NCBI GenBank assembly: GCA_963840405.1
Contig: CAWIYW010000005.1
Span: forward strand, 75,226-139,225
Direction of reading: 5' to 3'
Source of the DNA: an uncultured Gammaproteobacteria bacterium
GTDB taxonomy: Bacteria; Pseudomonadota; Gammaproteobacteria; Steroidobacterales; Steroidobacteraceae
Length of the DNA stretch: 64,000 nucleotides
Positions 38,308 to 47,352 of the stretch are shown piece after piece (the stretch's first letter is position 1; each line of letters begins with the position of its first letter). Below the pieces are notes generated by a model. It was not told the origin of the DNA. It saw only the letters and a list, made by a program, of their open reading frames with translations, and made no database searches. The position numbers and the translations under genes were made by a program.

Positions 38308-38568
38308 TTCGGCTCACCACTCCGGAGCAGTGCGCGACGGTACCGCGCTCCTTGCAGTTTACGACGAGAGCCATGTCGCCCGCAGTGAATGGGAACTCGC
38401 GGCCTCAGGGTAAATAGCCCGGGGAGCGGAGCTCCGCAAGCTCCGAGTGGAGCATTGGGAAGCTTGATACGAGCGAAGAGGAATAGGTCAGATCTCCGCA
38501 ACTTAGACCCCGCCGAAAGAGGTGCGTCATCTGTGAGATGACATGGGGGTGCCCACTGCGGCCGAATT

Positions 38569-41238
38569 CTAGCGGTGACCTCCCATCAGCAGGCAGCGCG
38601 TCAAGGACGCGGCGGTCGAGTCTGCGTTGGGTGCGGACAGCATGGTTGAGTGACTCCCCGCGGTCTCGACAACGGACACCGTGAGAGCGTGCTGGCGCCA
38701 GATGGCTTCGAGCGACGGCAGACCAGGCGCGCGGACCGCAGGCGTGAACAGAGTCAGATGCCCGCGATAGAACCCGGGGCGATACCTCGCCGAGGCGAGG
38801 AGGGCGCTAAGCGATACCCGGATAGCGCGCGCGGACAGCATGAGTGGACTCGGGCGGAGCCGCTCACCAACTGTCCGCAACTCAGAAGGCCATGCGCGCA
38901 GCGGTGTGTGGCGTAAACCGGAAGCAAGGCGGCGGATTCCTCCACCGATGATGGAAACCCATGTCCGCGTCGGCCATCTCACAGGGCTCCCCAGTGTATC
39001 AATCAAGCCAACGAAACCGACTTCGTCGCCCGATTCCGAAAGCTGCCGTGCAATCTCGAAAGCCACGACTCCACCGAAGGAATAGCCGCACAGATGGTAG
39101 GGACCGCCTGGCTCGCGGGCCTTGATCTCCCTTAGATACTCCTCGGCCATCACCTGTACGCTCGTGTGCGGTGTCTCCCCACTTGTGAGTCCCCGCGCCT
39201 GAATGCCGATGACCGGGCCTGGGTAGGTCATGCGTCGCGCCGTCGGCAGGATTTCAACGACATTCCCACCGACGCCGTGGATGAAGAAGACCGGTGGCGA
39301 ACCCTCGCCGGCCTTCAAGGAAACGAACTGGACATAGCCAGGCGCACGGGGTTGTCGCAGGATCTCGCAAAGATGACTAAATCGCGGCGCCTCGTTGAGC
39401 AGCGTCGGTGATAGCTCCAATCCCAGCGCGCGTTCGAGCTCAAAGATGAAGGTGATGGCTTGAAGCGAATCCCCACCGGCCTCGAAGAAGTCGTCCTCCG
39501 GGCTGGCGACCGGCACGCGCAACACCGCTTGCCAGACGCGCGCAATGGTTTGTGCGATGCCGGGCGCGATCTCCGCTTCGTCTCTCAGACTCAGGCGCTC
39601 GTTCCGAACGTTGGTGTCATCCAGAGCAGCGAGTGCGCGAACGTCCAGCTTCGAGCTCGGCAGACGCGGAATCTCGCGCACGAGATAGAAGCGTTGCGGG
39701 CGCATTGCCGATGGTGCCGAGCGCATCAGGTCTCGCAACTCCTCGATCAGCTCGGCTGGTGCCTGATCGCGCGTACTTACGTAGGCACTGAGTGACTTTG
39801 AACCGTCAACGCTGCTCGTTCGAGCCAGCACACCTACATCTCTTACAAGCGGATGCTCGCGAAGCGCGGCTTCCACGCCATCGAGATCGACGCGAGCACC
39901 GCGCACCTTGACCTGCCTGTCGTTGCGCCCGAGTCGCTCCAACAGCCCATCCGGCCTTTGGCGCACGAGGTCACCCGTTCGAAAGACCCGGGATGCTTGC
40001 GAGTCGCCGCTCGCCATGCCTTCCTGGACGCAACGTCCATCGACCCAATGTCCCAGCGAGACGTAGGGGCTTGCGACCAGGAGCTCGCCAACTTCGCCAC
40101 GGGGTGTGGCACCGCCATCCGGATCAACTATCGCGATGTGGTTGCCCGGCAGCGGGTAGCCAATCGGGATGCGGCTGTCCTCGCCGCGACAGGCGTCATC
40201 GACGAACCACTGCAGCATCGGCGCTTCCGTCGCTGCGTAGATCAATTGAATCGCCGCACCCGGGCCGAGCCAGGCGCGCAGCAAGTCGATATCGGCCCAA
40301 AACGTTGTGTCGCCACCCACGCGAACCAGCCTCAGTGCAGGCTCGGCGCGTGCAGCACTGGCGGCGACGACGGATCGCAACAGAGCCGGAAACGAGAACA
40401 GAATCGTAACCGCATCTGCGCGGATCACATTCACTATCTCGCGTGCGCCAGCGCCATGCGGATCGAGGATGCGGACGCTTGCGCCCGCCAGCAACGCAGT
40501 CATGACATCGCGCACGGCGACGATCGTGCACGGCGAAGCGAGAGTAAGAAGCCGGTCTTCAGCGTTGATGTGCGCTGCGTTGATGGATTGAGATACGCGC
40601 TGCAAGAGATTGCGCTGACTGTTGACGATGCCCTTGGGCCGTCCGGTGCTCCCGGAGGTGAACAGCACGCAAGCCGGTGCGTCCACGTCCAGTCTCGCCG
40701 ATCGCCAACCCTCGCGTGCCGGTTTGGGCAAACTCGTCAGATGAATGACGGGCGTCGTCGGAGCGCATGCTGCAAGCCCGACAGCCTCATCCTGTTGTGC
40801 AATGACGAGCGCCGGCTGCGCGTTCTCCAGCACATGTTCCAGCCAGGCCCTGGGATAGTGCGTGTCGAGTGCGACGAACGGGCGCCCTGAGGCCAGGCAC
40901 GCGAGCATCGCGAGAGGAAACATCGGGCCGGTCGGCAACAGGATGCCGATCAAATCGCCCGGTTGCGTCCTGGCAGCCAGCGTCTCGGCCAATCCCGACA
41001 CGCCATTCCACAATTCGGCAAAGGTCAGCGTTGCGCCCGCATCCCGGATCGCGACGCGCTCCCGATGCTGCTGCGCCACGCGCTCGAAGTGATCGATGAT
41101 CGGCTGTTCCAGGGCATCGGCGCGAAACGGCGTGAAGGATCGATCCGTGGGCCCGTTCCAGTCGAGCGGACGCGGATCGTCCGCGAGCCAGCCGCGGCTC
41201 CGTGCATCAGAGGGCGTTAGAACATCGACGCGGCTCAT
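38569..41238 (-). CDS. Stand-alone NRPS-like tridomain enzyme: adenylation, thiolation (PCP), thioesterase
   Basis: A-domain cores are 'LFTSGSTGRPKGIV', 'FRTGDLV' and 'GRNDRQVKVRGARVDL'. The PCP core is 'FFEAGGDSLQAI'. The TE region shows 'PPVFFIHGVGG' and 'GYSFGG'. There is no condensation domain. Confidence 0.85.
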   Translation of the reverse strand: MSRVDVLTPSDARSRGWLADDPRPLDWNGPTDRSFTPFRADALEQPIIDHFERVAQQHRERVAIRDAGATLTFAELWNGVSGLAETLAARTQPGDLIGILLPTGPMFPLAMLACLASGRPFVALDTHYPRAWLEHVLENAQPALVIAQQDEAVGLAACAPTTPVIHLTSLPKPAREGWRSARLDVDAPACVLFTSGSTGRPKGIVNSQRNLLQRVSQSINAAHINAEDRLLTLASPCTIVAVRDVMTALLAGASVRILDPHGAGAREIVNVIRADAVTILFSFPALLRSVVAASAARAEPALRLVRVGGDTTFWADIDLLRAWLGPGAAIQLIYAATEAPMLQWFVDDACRGEDSRIPIGYPLPGNHIAIVDPDGGATPRGEVGELLVASPYVSLGHWVDGRCVQEGMASGDSQASRVFRTGDLVRQRPDGLLERLGRNDRQVKVRGARVDLDGVEAALREHPLVRDVGVLARTSSVDGSKSLSAYVSTRDQAPAELIEELRDLMRSAPSAMRPQRFYLVREIPRLPSSKLDVRALAALDDTNVRNERLSLRDEAEIAPGIAQTIARVWQAVLRVPVASPEDDFFEAGGDSLQAITFIFELERALGLELSPTLLNEAPRFSHLCEILRQPRAPGYVQFVSLKAGEGSPPVFFIHGVGGNVVEILPTARRMTYPGPVIGIQARGLTSGETPHTSVQVMAEEYLREIKAREPGGPYHLCGYSFGGVVAFEIARQLSESGDEVGFVGLIDTLGSPVRWPTRTWVSIIGGGIRRLASGLRHTPLRAWPSELRTVGERLRPSPLMLSARAIRVSLSALLASARYRPGFYRGHLTLFTPAVRAPGLPSLEAIWRQHALTVSVVETAGSHSTMLSAPNADSTAASLTRCLLMGGHR

Positions 41239-41303
41239 TCAAGCGAATACTGCCCGCTAATCCCGGTCCAGTCACGGGCCGGCGTGTCCACCGGGGCCTC
41301 GGC

Positions 41304-42554
41304 TCACTTGTAAGCCGAGTAGAGGTGATCGGGTGACTTCTGCAGCTGAATCAGATGCTTCAGGAACGGGTGGGCGAGGCCGTACAGCGAACTGCCTCCT
41401 CCCTTTAGCTTGTTCAGTTCATCGAGAGCAGGGCCATTGCGAGCGAGCTCGGCCTCGATGTCTCCGAATGTCATGAAGATGGCAAAGTCAATGTCCAGCA
41501 GAATCGACTTCAACTCCGAATCTCGTATGCCGGAATGAGCGCCATATTTCTGCGCAAGTGATTTGAACGGAAACAGTCTCCATTCGCCGCGACCCAGAAC
41601 ATATCCATCGAATGGCATTCGTCCGGCTGTCTTGGCTGTCATTTCCTTCCGTCGCGCATCGGACGTTCGCCAAGTGAAGTATTCGAACGCGATTGGCCGG
41701 TTGTAGTACCAGAGCTGAGCTGCGCGCTGACAAGCGGCGCGATCGGCGATCTCCAGCATCCGGCGAATGCGCTTGCCTTGTTCGCCCGAAATATCAGCGG
41801 CGACCATCGCAGCGGCACCGATGACCTTGTCGGTCGCCGTACAAAGCCGCTTGCTCAAGTCTATTGGATTGGAAACGATCTCGTTTCCGTTGTCTTCATC
41901 ATATGTCGATACGGTCGATTGGAATCGAATCGACATGACCCATCGGTCTTGAGCCACCGCGGCCCTGCGGCGGAAGAGATGGGCTTCCAGCGCGACCGGA
42001 TCTCCGTTCTCCAGCCCTTCCTTTTTAAGGGACTGGTGGATCTGCTCCAAGTCTCCTGATGCACGCACCAGCCCACGCGCAATCCGTCCTCCGTCAGATC
42101 GATAGACGATTTTCCGTCGGAGTTGATCGGCGACCCGGGCCGCGAAGTCGCTGAAGTCGGGATGGAAGTCCACGGTGACCACTCCCATCGAACGCACGTA
42201 CTTGTCCCCGCGGGCGATAGCCTGCCACGCGCGCGTTCGCAACGCCGACTTGTCCGTATAGTCGGTCCGGAGATTCTTCGATGGTTCCAGCGTCACGGGC
42301 CCGATCAAACGCTTGAACGTCCGTCCGCTAGGATCAACTCGATGATCTGGAAGAAACATGCCGACGACTAGTTTCTGGAATGTCCCGATGGCGTCAATCG
42401 TGGCGGGGTCGCACTTGCCGGATATGTTTGGCGCTCGAACTCTCTCCTTGAGAGGGCCGAGATTGATCCAGTTCAGCAGGTGGGCTTGCACTACGAACAC
42501 GTCGGCTTCCCGATTCGCTCCGCCTTTCCCCACCGAAGCACTTAGTGTGGCCAT
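41304..42554 (-). CDS. Orphan hypothetical protein (416 aa) with an N-terminal peptidoglycan-binding-like domain; visibly AT-richer than its surroundings
   Basis: A GGGAGG RBS lies before ATG 42554. The N-terminal ~85 aa ('GGANREADVFVVQAHLLNW...GKCDPATIDAIGTFQKLVVGMFLPDHRVDPSGRTFKRL') resemble a PG_binding_1 fold. I recognise no motif in the remaining ~330 aa, and there is no signal peptide. Confidence 0.6.
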   Translation of the reverse strand: MATLSASVGKGGANREADVFVVQAHLLNWINLGPLKERVRAPNISGKCDPATIDAIGTFQKLVVGMFLPDHRVDPSGRTFKRLIGPVTLEPSKNLRTDYTDKSALRTRAWQAIARGDKYVRSMGVVTVDFHPDFSDFAARVADQLRRKIVYRSDGGRIARGLVRASGDLEQIHQSLKKEGLENGDPVALEAHLFRRRAAVAQDRWVMSIRFQSTVSTYDEDNGNEIVSNPIDLSKRLCTATDKVIGAAAMVAADISGEQGKRIRRMLEIADRAACQRAAQLWYYNRPIAFEYFTWRTSDARRKEMTAKTAGRMPFDGYVLGRGEWRLFPFKSLAQKYGAHSGIRDSELKSILLDIDFAIFMTFGDIEAELARNGPALDELNKLKGGGSSLYGLAHPFLKHLIQLQKSPDHLYSAYK

Positions 42555-42891
42555 CGTTCGCCTCCCACAGCTGGTTTGGTGTGTAATGCCACGTACCGGC
42601 GCCTGAAACCGTGGCACGTCGTCACTGTAGGGTCTGTCAAGCAGCTGACATTCATTCCCCGCCTTTTCGTGATTGAAGAGTGTTAGCCGAGGGCCCGAGC
42701 GACTCGCAGACCGATGAACTGCGATCGAACGGACTGAGTTGCGCGCATCCGCGCCACGGAACGCAGGAGGGACGCCGCGTCGCACCAGCCACTACCGCGC
42801 ACAACGCGGCATCGAACGATGACACTCAGTCGCGGGACTCCCGTCAGCGGGTGTGGAGTCGCACGATTCGTGCCAGAGATCAGCCGTCCAC

Positions 42892-43110
42892 TCAGTCGGT
42901 GCTTCGCCCGCTGCGCCACTTGGTGGCATACGGCAGAACGAACAAGTACAGACCGGTCAACAGCAGCAAGGCGAGCGGGGCCAGCGGCACGTAGCTCACC
43001 CAGACGACAGGCTCGTTCTGTGCGAGTGCGACGAAGGTGGCGATGACAGACACCGTAAAGGCAATAGACAGCCAGCGGTGGATCTGTCGAATCCATTTGT
43101 TCCCGTTCAT
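42892..43110 (-). CDS. Small 2-TM membrane protein (PepSY-associated-TM-like helix)
   Basis: The protein is 72 aa long. 'IRQIHRWLSIAFTVSVIATF' resembles the PepSY_TM helix signature, and there is a second hydrophobic segment. Confidence 0.4.
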   Translation of the reverse strand: MNGNKWIRQIHRWLSIAFTVSVIATFVALAQNEPVVWVSYVPLAPLALLLLTGLYLFVLPYATKWRSGRSTD

Positions 43111-43688
43111 GGGATCCTCGCGAGCAGCACAACAAGAAAAGCCAACGTATCGGTGCCACGACGTCAGGATTGGCTGTAAATTCTACATGCTTGTGCACGA
43201 GCCCTTCTATTGGTTCTAATGCAGGCCGGTTGACGAGGACATCTCGAACACCGTTCGGGGCGATTCCGACGAAGATGAGCGTATGGCTCGATCGACTCGC
43301 TGCCGCTTTGCATCGAGTCCGGCTGCGATCCCGATTCTCGGGCACCCCGCAGCGCATACAGCGGATATCGAATCCGTGGCACGCAGTATCCGTCGTGCCC
43401 GGCTCCGTGGTTGCGGGCGAATACACGTGTCCGGCGGCGGCCGCGCTCCGCGGCAAGCGATTTCTTTCATCGCAGGCGCCCCAGTTGCCGTTGCCGAACT
43501 GTGAGGCACCTGGTCGCTGCACGTGTCACTTTCGGCACCACGCCGATCGGCGCCGCGACCAACGCCGCGCGCACGACAGGGTACTCCCGGACACTATCTA
43601 TTACTCGGGACCGGAGCGTCGCGATAGTTCGCGCAGTCGGCGGGAAGCCGACGGTTGAGTCAACGCTTGAGATGGATCAGCAATGAGG

Positions 43689-43723
43689 GAAAAAAAAGCC
43701 CGCAGACACAGTGTCTGCGGGCT
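43689..43723 (-). terminator. Rho-independent terminator of EH5
   Basis: A 13-bp perfect stem (AGCCCGCAGACAC/GTGTCTGCGGGCT) is followed on the minus strand by T8. It lies 18 nt after the EH5 stop. Confidence 0.75.
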
Positions 43724-43740
43724 CAGAACATCCTCCTCAA

Positions 43741-44961
43741 CTAGTTGTAGTTGCGCAGCGATCTGAGGCCGGCGCGAACTTCCTCTGAAAAGACCTTCGG
43801 CTGTTCCCAGGCCGCAAAGTGGCCGCCTTTCTCCAATTTGTTGTAATGGATCAGCTTGGGATACGCCCGCTCTGCCCAGCTCCGCGGCGCCGGATAAAGT
43901 TCGTCAGGGAAGACGCTTACGGCAACAGGGATGGAGACGCCTTTGGCATTGAAATACCCTTTGCCCCAATATTCCCAGTAGAGACGGGCGCCAGAAAGCG
44001 CCGTGTTCGTCAACCAGGTGAGCGTGATGTTGTCGAGGATGTCGTCGCGCGTGAGGCCCTCGGACTGTCCGTCAAAGACGCGCGCGATAAGCTGGTAGCT
44101 CCGCGCGTCGTGATCGAGGAAATAGGCCGCCAGGCCGATGGGTGAATCCGCGATTCCGTACATCGTCTGCGGGTGCAATCCCAGCTGGTAACCGTATCCG
44201 ATACCCTTTTGATATACGAACTGCAAACGCTCGTAAGCGAGCTTCTCGTCGGCTGAGAGACCCGATGGCGCCGGCGCCCCTGAAAAGGCCGCCCCGTCAA
44301 TGTCGGCTGGAAAGATGCCGGCCATGTTGGTGTGGATTCCGAGCAATTCCGGAGGCGCCTGCAGCCCCATCATGTCGACGATGACCGCGCCCCAATCGCC
44401 GCCCTGCGCCACGAACTTCGTGTATCCGAGGCGTTTCATCAGCACAGTCCAGGCGCGCGCGATGTGGACGGGGTCCCAGCCAGTCGTGGTCGGCTTGCCC
44501 GAAAACCCGTAGCCCGGCATCGACGGAATCACCACATGGAACGCATCCGACGCGCTCGCGCCATGTGCCGTCGGATTGGTCAGCGGATCGATGATCTTCA
44601 TCTGTTCAGTGATCGATCCGGGCCATCCGTGCGTGACGATGAGGGGCAACGCATTCTCATGTTTCGAGCGAACATGGATGAAGTGAATGTCGAGCCCGTC
44701 GATTTCAGTGATGAAATTCGGCAGCGCGTTGATTCGTGCCTCGATCTTGCGCCAGTCATAATCTGTCGCCCAATAGCGTGCCAGCGCCTGCGTCGTCGCG
44801 AGCTGTACTCCTTGCGACGCATCCGTAACCGTTTCTCGTTCAGGCCACCTTGTCGCGTTGATGCGCCTGCGCAAGTCGGCGAGGTCCGTTTCCGGAAAGT
44901 TCACTTCAAACGGGCGGATAGCTGTCGGATCACCGCCCATCGGCTGTACAACTGCACTCAT
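43741..44961 (-). CDS. Epoxide hydrolase (EHN-domain type), paralog EH5; intact
   Basis: Markers are 'IRPFEVNFPETDLADLRRRI', 'HGWPGS', 'AQGGDWG' and 'GGHFAAWEQP'. Confidence 0.9.
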   Translation of the reverse strand: MSAVVQPMGGDPTAIRPFEVNFPETDLADLRRRINATRWPERETVTDASQGVQLATTQALARYWATDYDWRKIEARINALPNFITEIDGLDIHFIHVRSKHENALPLIVTHGWPGSITEQMKIIDPLTNPTAHGASASDAFHVVIPSMPGYGFSGKPTTTGWDPVHIARAWTVLMKRLGYTKFVAQGGDWGAVIVDMMGLQAPPELLGIHTNMAGIFPADIDGAAFSGAPAPSGLSADEKLAYERLQFVYQKGIGYGYQLGLHPQTMYGIADSPIGLAAYFLDHDARSYQLIARVFDGQSEGLTRDDILDNITLTWLTNTALSGARLYWEYWGKGYFNAKGVSIPVAVSVFPDELYPAPRSWAERAYPKLIHYNKLEKGGHFAAWEQPKVFSEEVRAGLRSLRNYN

Positions 44962-45088
44962 GGATTTGCTCCCTGCTGAATATTAGGAGTGGAAGGCCAG
45001 GGTGCCCGCGGCAGCAGTTGCCACTTAGCACCGCAAGTGGGCCACGGCGATGGAGGCCCAGCGTTTTGCGTGACGATTTCCTTGTCGG

Positions 45089-45191
45089 CTGATGGTTGGA
45101 TTGGGTGTGCCCGAAAAGGCTCACGACCCAGCGAGGACCGTAACAGACCCGGAGGTCAGGTTCGATTGTACGAAGGTGCTGGTATTGGTCG
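45089..45191. repeat. Conserved ~100-nt non-coding block upstream of EH5; its partner copy is at 35884-35985
   Basis: See the entry at 35884-35985. Here an extra ~95 nt (44994-45088), absent from the EH4 locus, separates the block from the EH5 start region. Confidence 0.6.
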
Positions 45192-45282
45192 ACAGTTTGG
45201 TATCGTGTCGAAGAGCCTCGGCTTGCTTTGCGCAGCGCTTTCCGCACCGAGAGGCAACGTTCTGGCCGGGTGAAGCCGTCAA

Positions 45283-46440
45283 ATGCCAAACAGCATCGAT
45301 GCTTGCCACAACGTCGCGGACTTTCGAGAGCTGGCGCGTCGCCGGCTCCCTGGACCCATCTTTCACTACATCGACGGAGCGGCAGACGACGAGGTCACGT
45401 ACCGGCGCAACACTGAGGCCTTCGAATGTTGTGACCTCGTGCCCAACGTGCTGGTGGGCGTCGAGAAGGTGGACATGGCCGTGAGCGTCATGGGTCGCAA
45501 GCTGCGGCTGCCGGTCTTCTGCTCGCCGACCGCGCTGCAGCGGCTGTTTCATCACGAAGGGGAGTGGGCCGTCGCGAGGGCCGCGGAGAAGTTCGGCACC
45601 ATGTTCGGCGTCTCGTCTCTCGGCACGGTCAGCGTGGAAGCGATCGGAGCTGCGATCGGGACGCCGAAACTGTTTCAGCTCTACGTGCACAAGGATCGCG
45701 GCCTCACGAATGACATGATCGATCGCTGCAAGGCGGCGCGTTTCGATGCCATCGCGCTGACTGTCGACACGATCACTGGCGGCAATCGCGAGCGTGATCT
45801 GCGGACTGGCTTCACCTCGCCACCGCGACTTACGCTCAGAAGTCTTGCGAGCTTTGCGGCGCATCCCGGCTGGTCGTTGCGTTACTTGGCCGGCGGCAAA
45901 TTCCGGCTGCCGCAGCTTGAGAGCCACGTACGGCAGGGCTCGAGCGTCGCGATCTCGGTCGCGGAGTACTTCTCGACGATGCTCGATCAGTCGATGACCT
46001 GGGCGGATGCGGAGCGCGTGCGTGCGCGCTGGGGCGGTGCGTTCTGCCTCAAGGGCATCATGAGTGTCGGCGATGCACGCCGGGCAGTGGATATCGGCGC
46101 GACTGCAATCATGGTCTCGAACCACGCGGGGCGTCAGCTCGATGGTTCGCGCGCACCCTTCGACCAGATCAGCGAGATCGCCGACGCCGTCGGCGGTCGC
46201 ATCGAGATCATCTGCGACGGGGGCATCCGGCGCGGCACGCACGTGCTGAAAGCCATCGCCGCGGGCGCAACGGCCGGCTCAGGCGGCCACCTGTATCTCT
46301 ACGCGCTGGCGGCGGGCGGGCAGCGCGGCGTCGAGAAGGCGCTCGGCAACCTGGCAGCGGAGATCGAGCGTGGCATGAAACTCATGGGCGTCACACGTCT
46401 CGATCAGTTATCGCGCGAGCATCTGCGTTACCGCCGATAA
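45283..46440 (+). CDS. FMN-dependent alpha-hydroxy-acid dehydrogenase/oxidase (L-lactate dehydrogenase / glycolate oxidase / mandelate dehydrogenase family)
   Basis: Markers are 'FHYIDGAADDEVTYRRN', 'LKGI', 'VSNHAGRQLD' and 'DGGIRRGTHVLKA'. Confidence 0.85.
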   Translation: MPNSIDACHNVADFRELARRRLPGPIFHYIDGAADDEVTYRRNTEAFECCDLVPNVLVGVEKVDMAVSVMGRKLRLPVFCSPTALQRLFHHEGEWAVARAAEKFGTMFGVSSLGTVSVEAIGAAIGTPKLFQLYVHKDRGLTNDMIDRCKAARFDAIALTVDTITGGNRERDLRTGFTSPPRLTLRSLASFAAHPGWSLRYLAGGKFRLPQLESHVRQGSSVAISVAEYFSTMLDQSMTWADAERVRARWGGAFCLKGIMSVGDARRAVDIGATAIMVSNHAGRQLDGSRAPFDQISEIADAVGGRIEIICDGGIRRGTHVLKAIAAGATAGSGGHLYLYALAAGGQRGVEKALGNLAAEIERGMKLMGVTRLDQLSREHLRYRR

Positions 46441-46757
46441 GAGCCGCGGATCCTTCACGTGCCATCGCTCGATCAGCGACGCCGTGCGCAGCCGAGTTCC
46501 ACGCGCGATACCAGGCGCTGAGGCGGCGCTCGTATCGAGTCTATTCACCAATTGCTCACATGTTTCTTGGTTCAAGGATTTGTTGATGCTCAGCCTCGCG
46601 ATATGTCATCGCGAAATATCTCGCGTAGAGATTCGAAACGCTGCATTTACTTTTTGTGCACTCAGCCGAGCCTTCGACCGCTCCGACAGCGCGTACACTG
46701 ATTCCTTCATCGATACACGCGTCATTCTTATAACTCAGAGATACGAGGGAGAATCAT

Positions 46758-47239
46758 GTGAAACACCTAACGGCCAAGTGTGCAGTCATCATCGCGCTGC
46801 TCCTGTGTCTTCCGGGGCTCGCCGCCGCAAACGGGTTCAGGAACAGATGCGACAACAGCATCCTGAAAGGAACGTACGTGTTTACCGCCAGCGGGTTCAC
46901 GCGCCCCGCTAACAGTACGCCGGGCACGCCCTGGGTTCCGAAGGCGATCGTCGAAGTCCTCAGTTCAACGGCGACGGCACGCTGACCACGCCAGGAGTCA
47001 CTGTCGCAAATCCGTTCGGCGACCTCGGCAACATACGTCAGCCCCCCACGGGCGGCGCGCCCGGCGTGTATACGATCAACGAGGACTGCAGCGGCACCAT
47101 CCAGTTCAACGACGCCGCTAGCGTTGCATTCAAGATCTACGTCGACCCTCCTCTGGGCGACGACGTTCTGGCTGATCCAGATCAATCCGGCGAACAACGT
47201 CTTCCAGGGAAGCGGCAAGCGCGTCAGCGGGTTGAGGTA
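46758..47239 (+). pseudogene. Small secreted hypothetical protein, 2 frameshifts (~46965 and ~47170)
   Basis: A GAGGGAG RBS lies 6 nt before GTG 46758. The signal peptide is 'MKHLTAKCAVIIALLLCLPGLAAA'. The sequence continues across frames as 'QFNGDGTLTTPGV...GVYTINEDCSGTIQFND...FKIYVDPPLGDDV' / 'WLIQINPANNVFQGSGKRVSG'. It ends at a TAA 11 nt before a terminator hairpin. Confidence 0.5.
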
Positions 47240-47250
47240 ACGTCCGTAAG

Positions 47251-47285
47251 AAGGCCCCGGCGCGAACCGCCGGGGCCTTTCTCTT
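47251..47285 (+). terminator. Rho-independent terminator; a member of the GGCGCGAACCGCC hairpin family
   Basis: The stem AAGGCCCCGGCG/CGCCGGGGCCTT is perfect and is followed by TCTCTTTC. Confidence 0.65.
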
Positions 47286-47352
47286 TCGGGGATGTGGAGG
47301 CGGCTGTCAGGTATGACATGCCGAAGCAAAGCGCCGGTCGTAGAATCCGCTG

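Noticed and set aside
43170-43658. A 162-aa ORF has a Cys/His/Arg-rich tail ('CEAPGRCTCHFRHHADRRRDQRR...GPERRD'). This vaguely recalled small Arg-rich regulatory proteins.
   Set aside because: There is no clear start or RBS, the composition is Arg/Ser/Pro-rich throughout, and overlapping ORFs occupy other frames. I cannot tie the motif to a named family, so I left it unannotated. It may deserve a database search.
46484-46912. A 142-aa ORF spans the AT-richer region and the start of the small secreted-protein gene.
   Set aside because: It overlaps the better-supported GTG 46758 gene (RBS plus signal peptide) in another frame. Its upstream part is low-complexity with no motifs, so the region is treated as a promoter.
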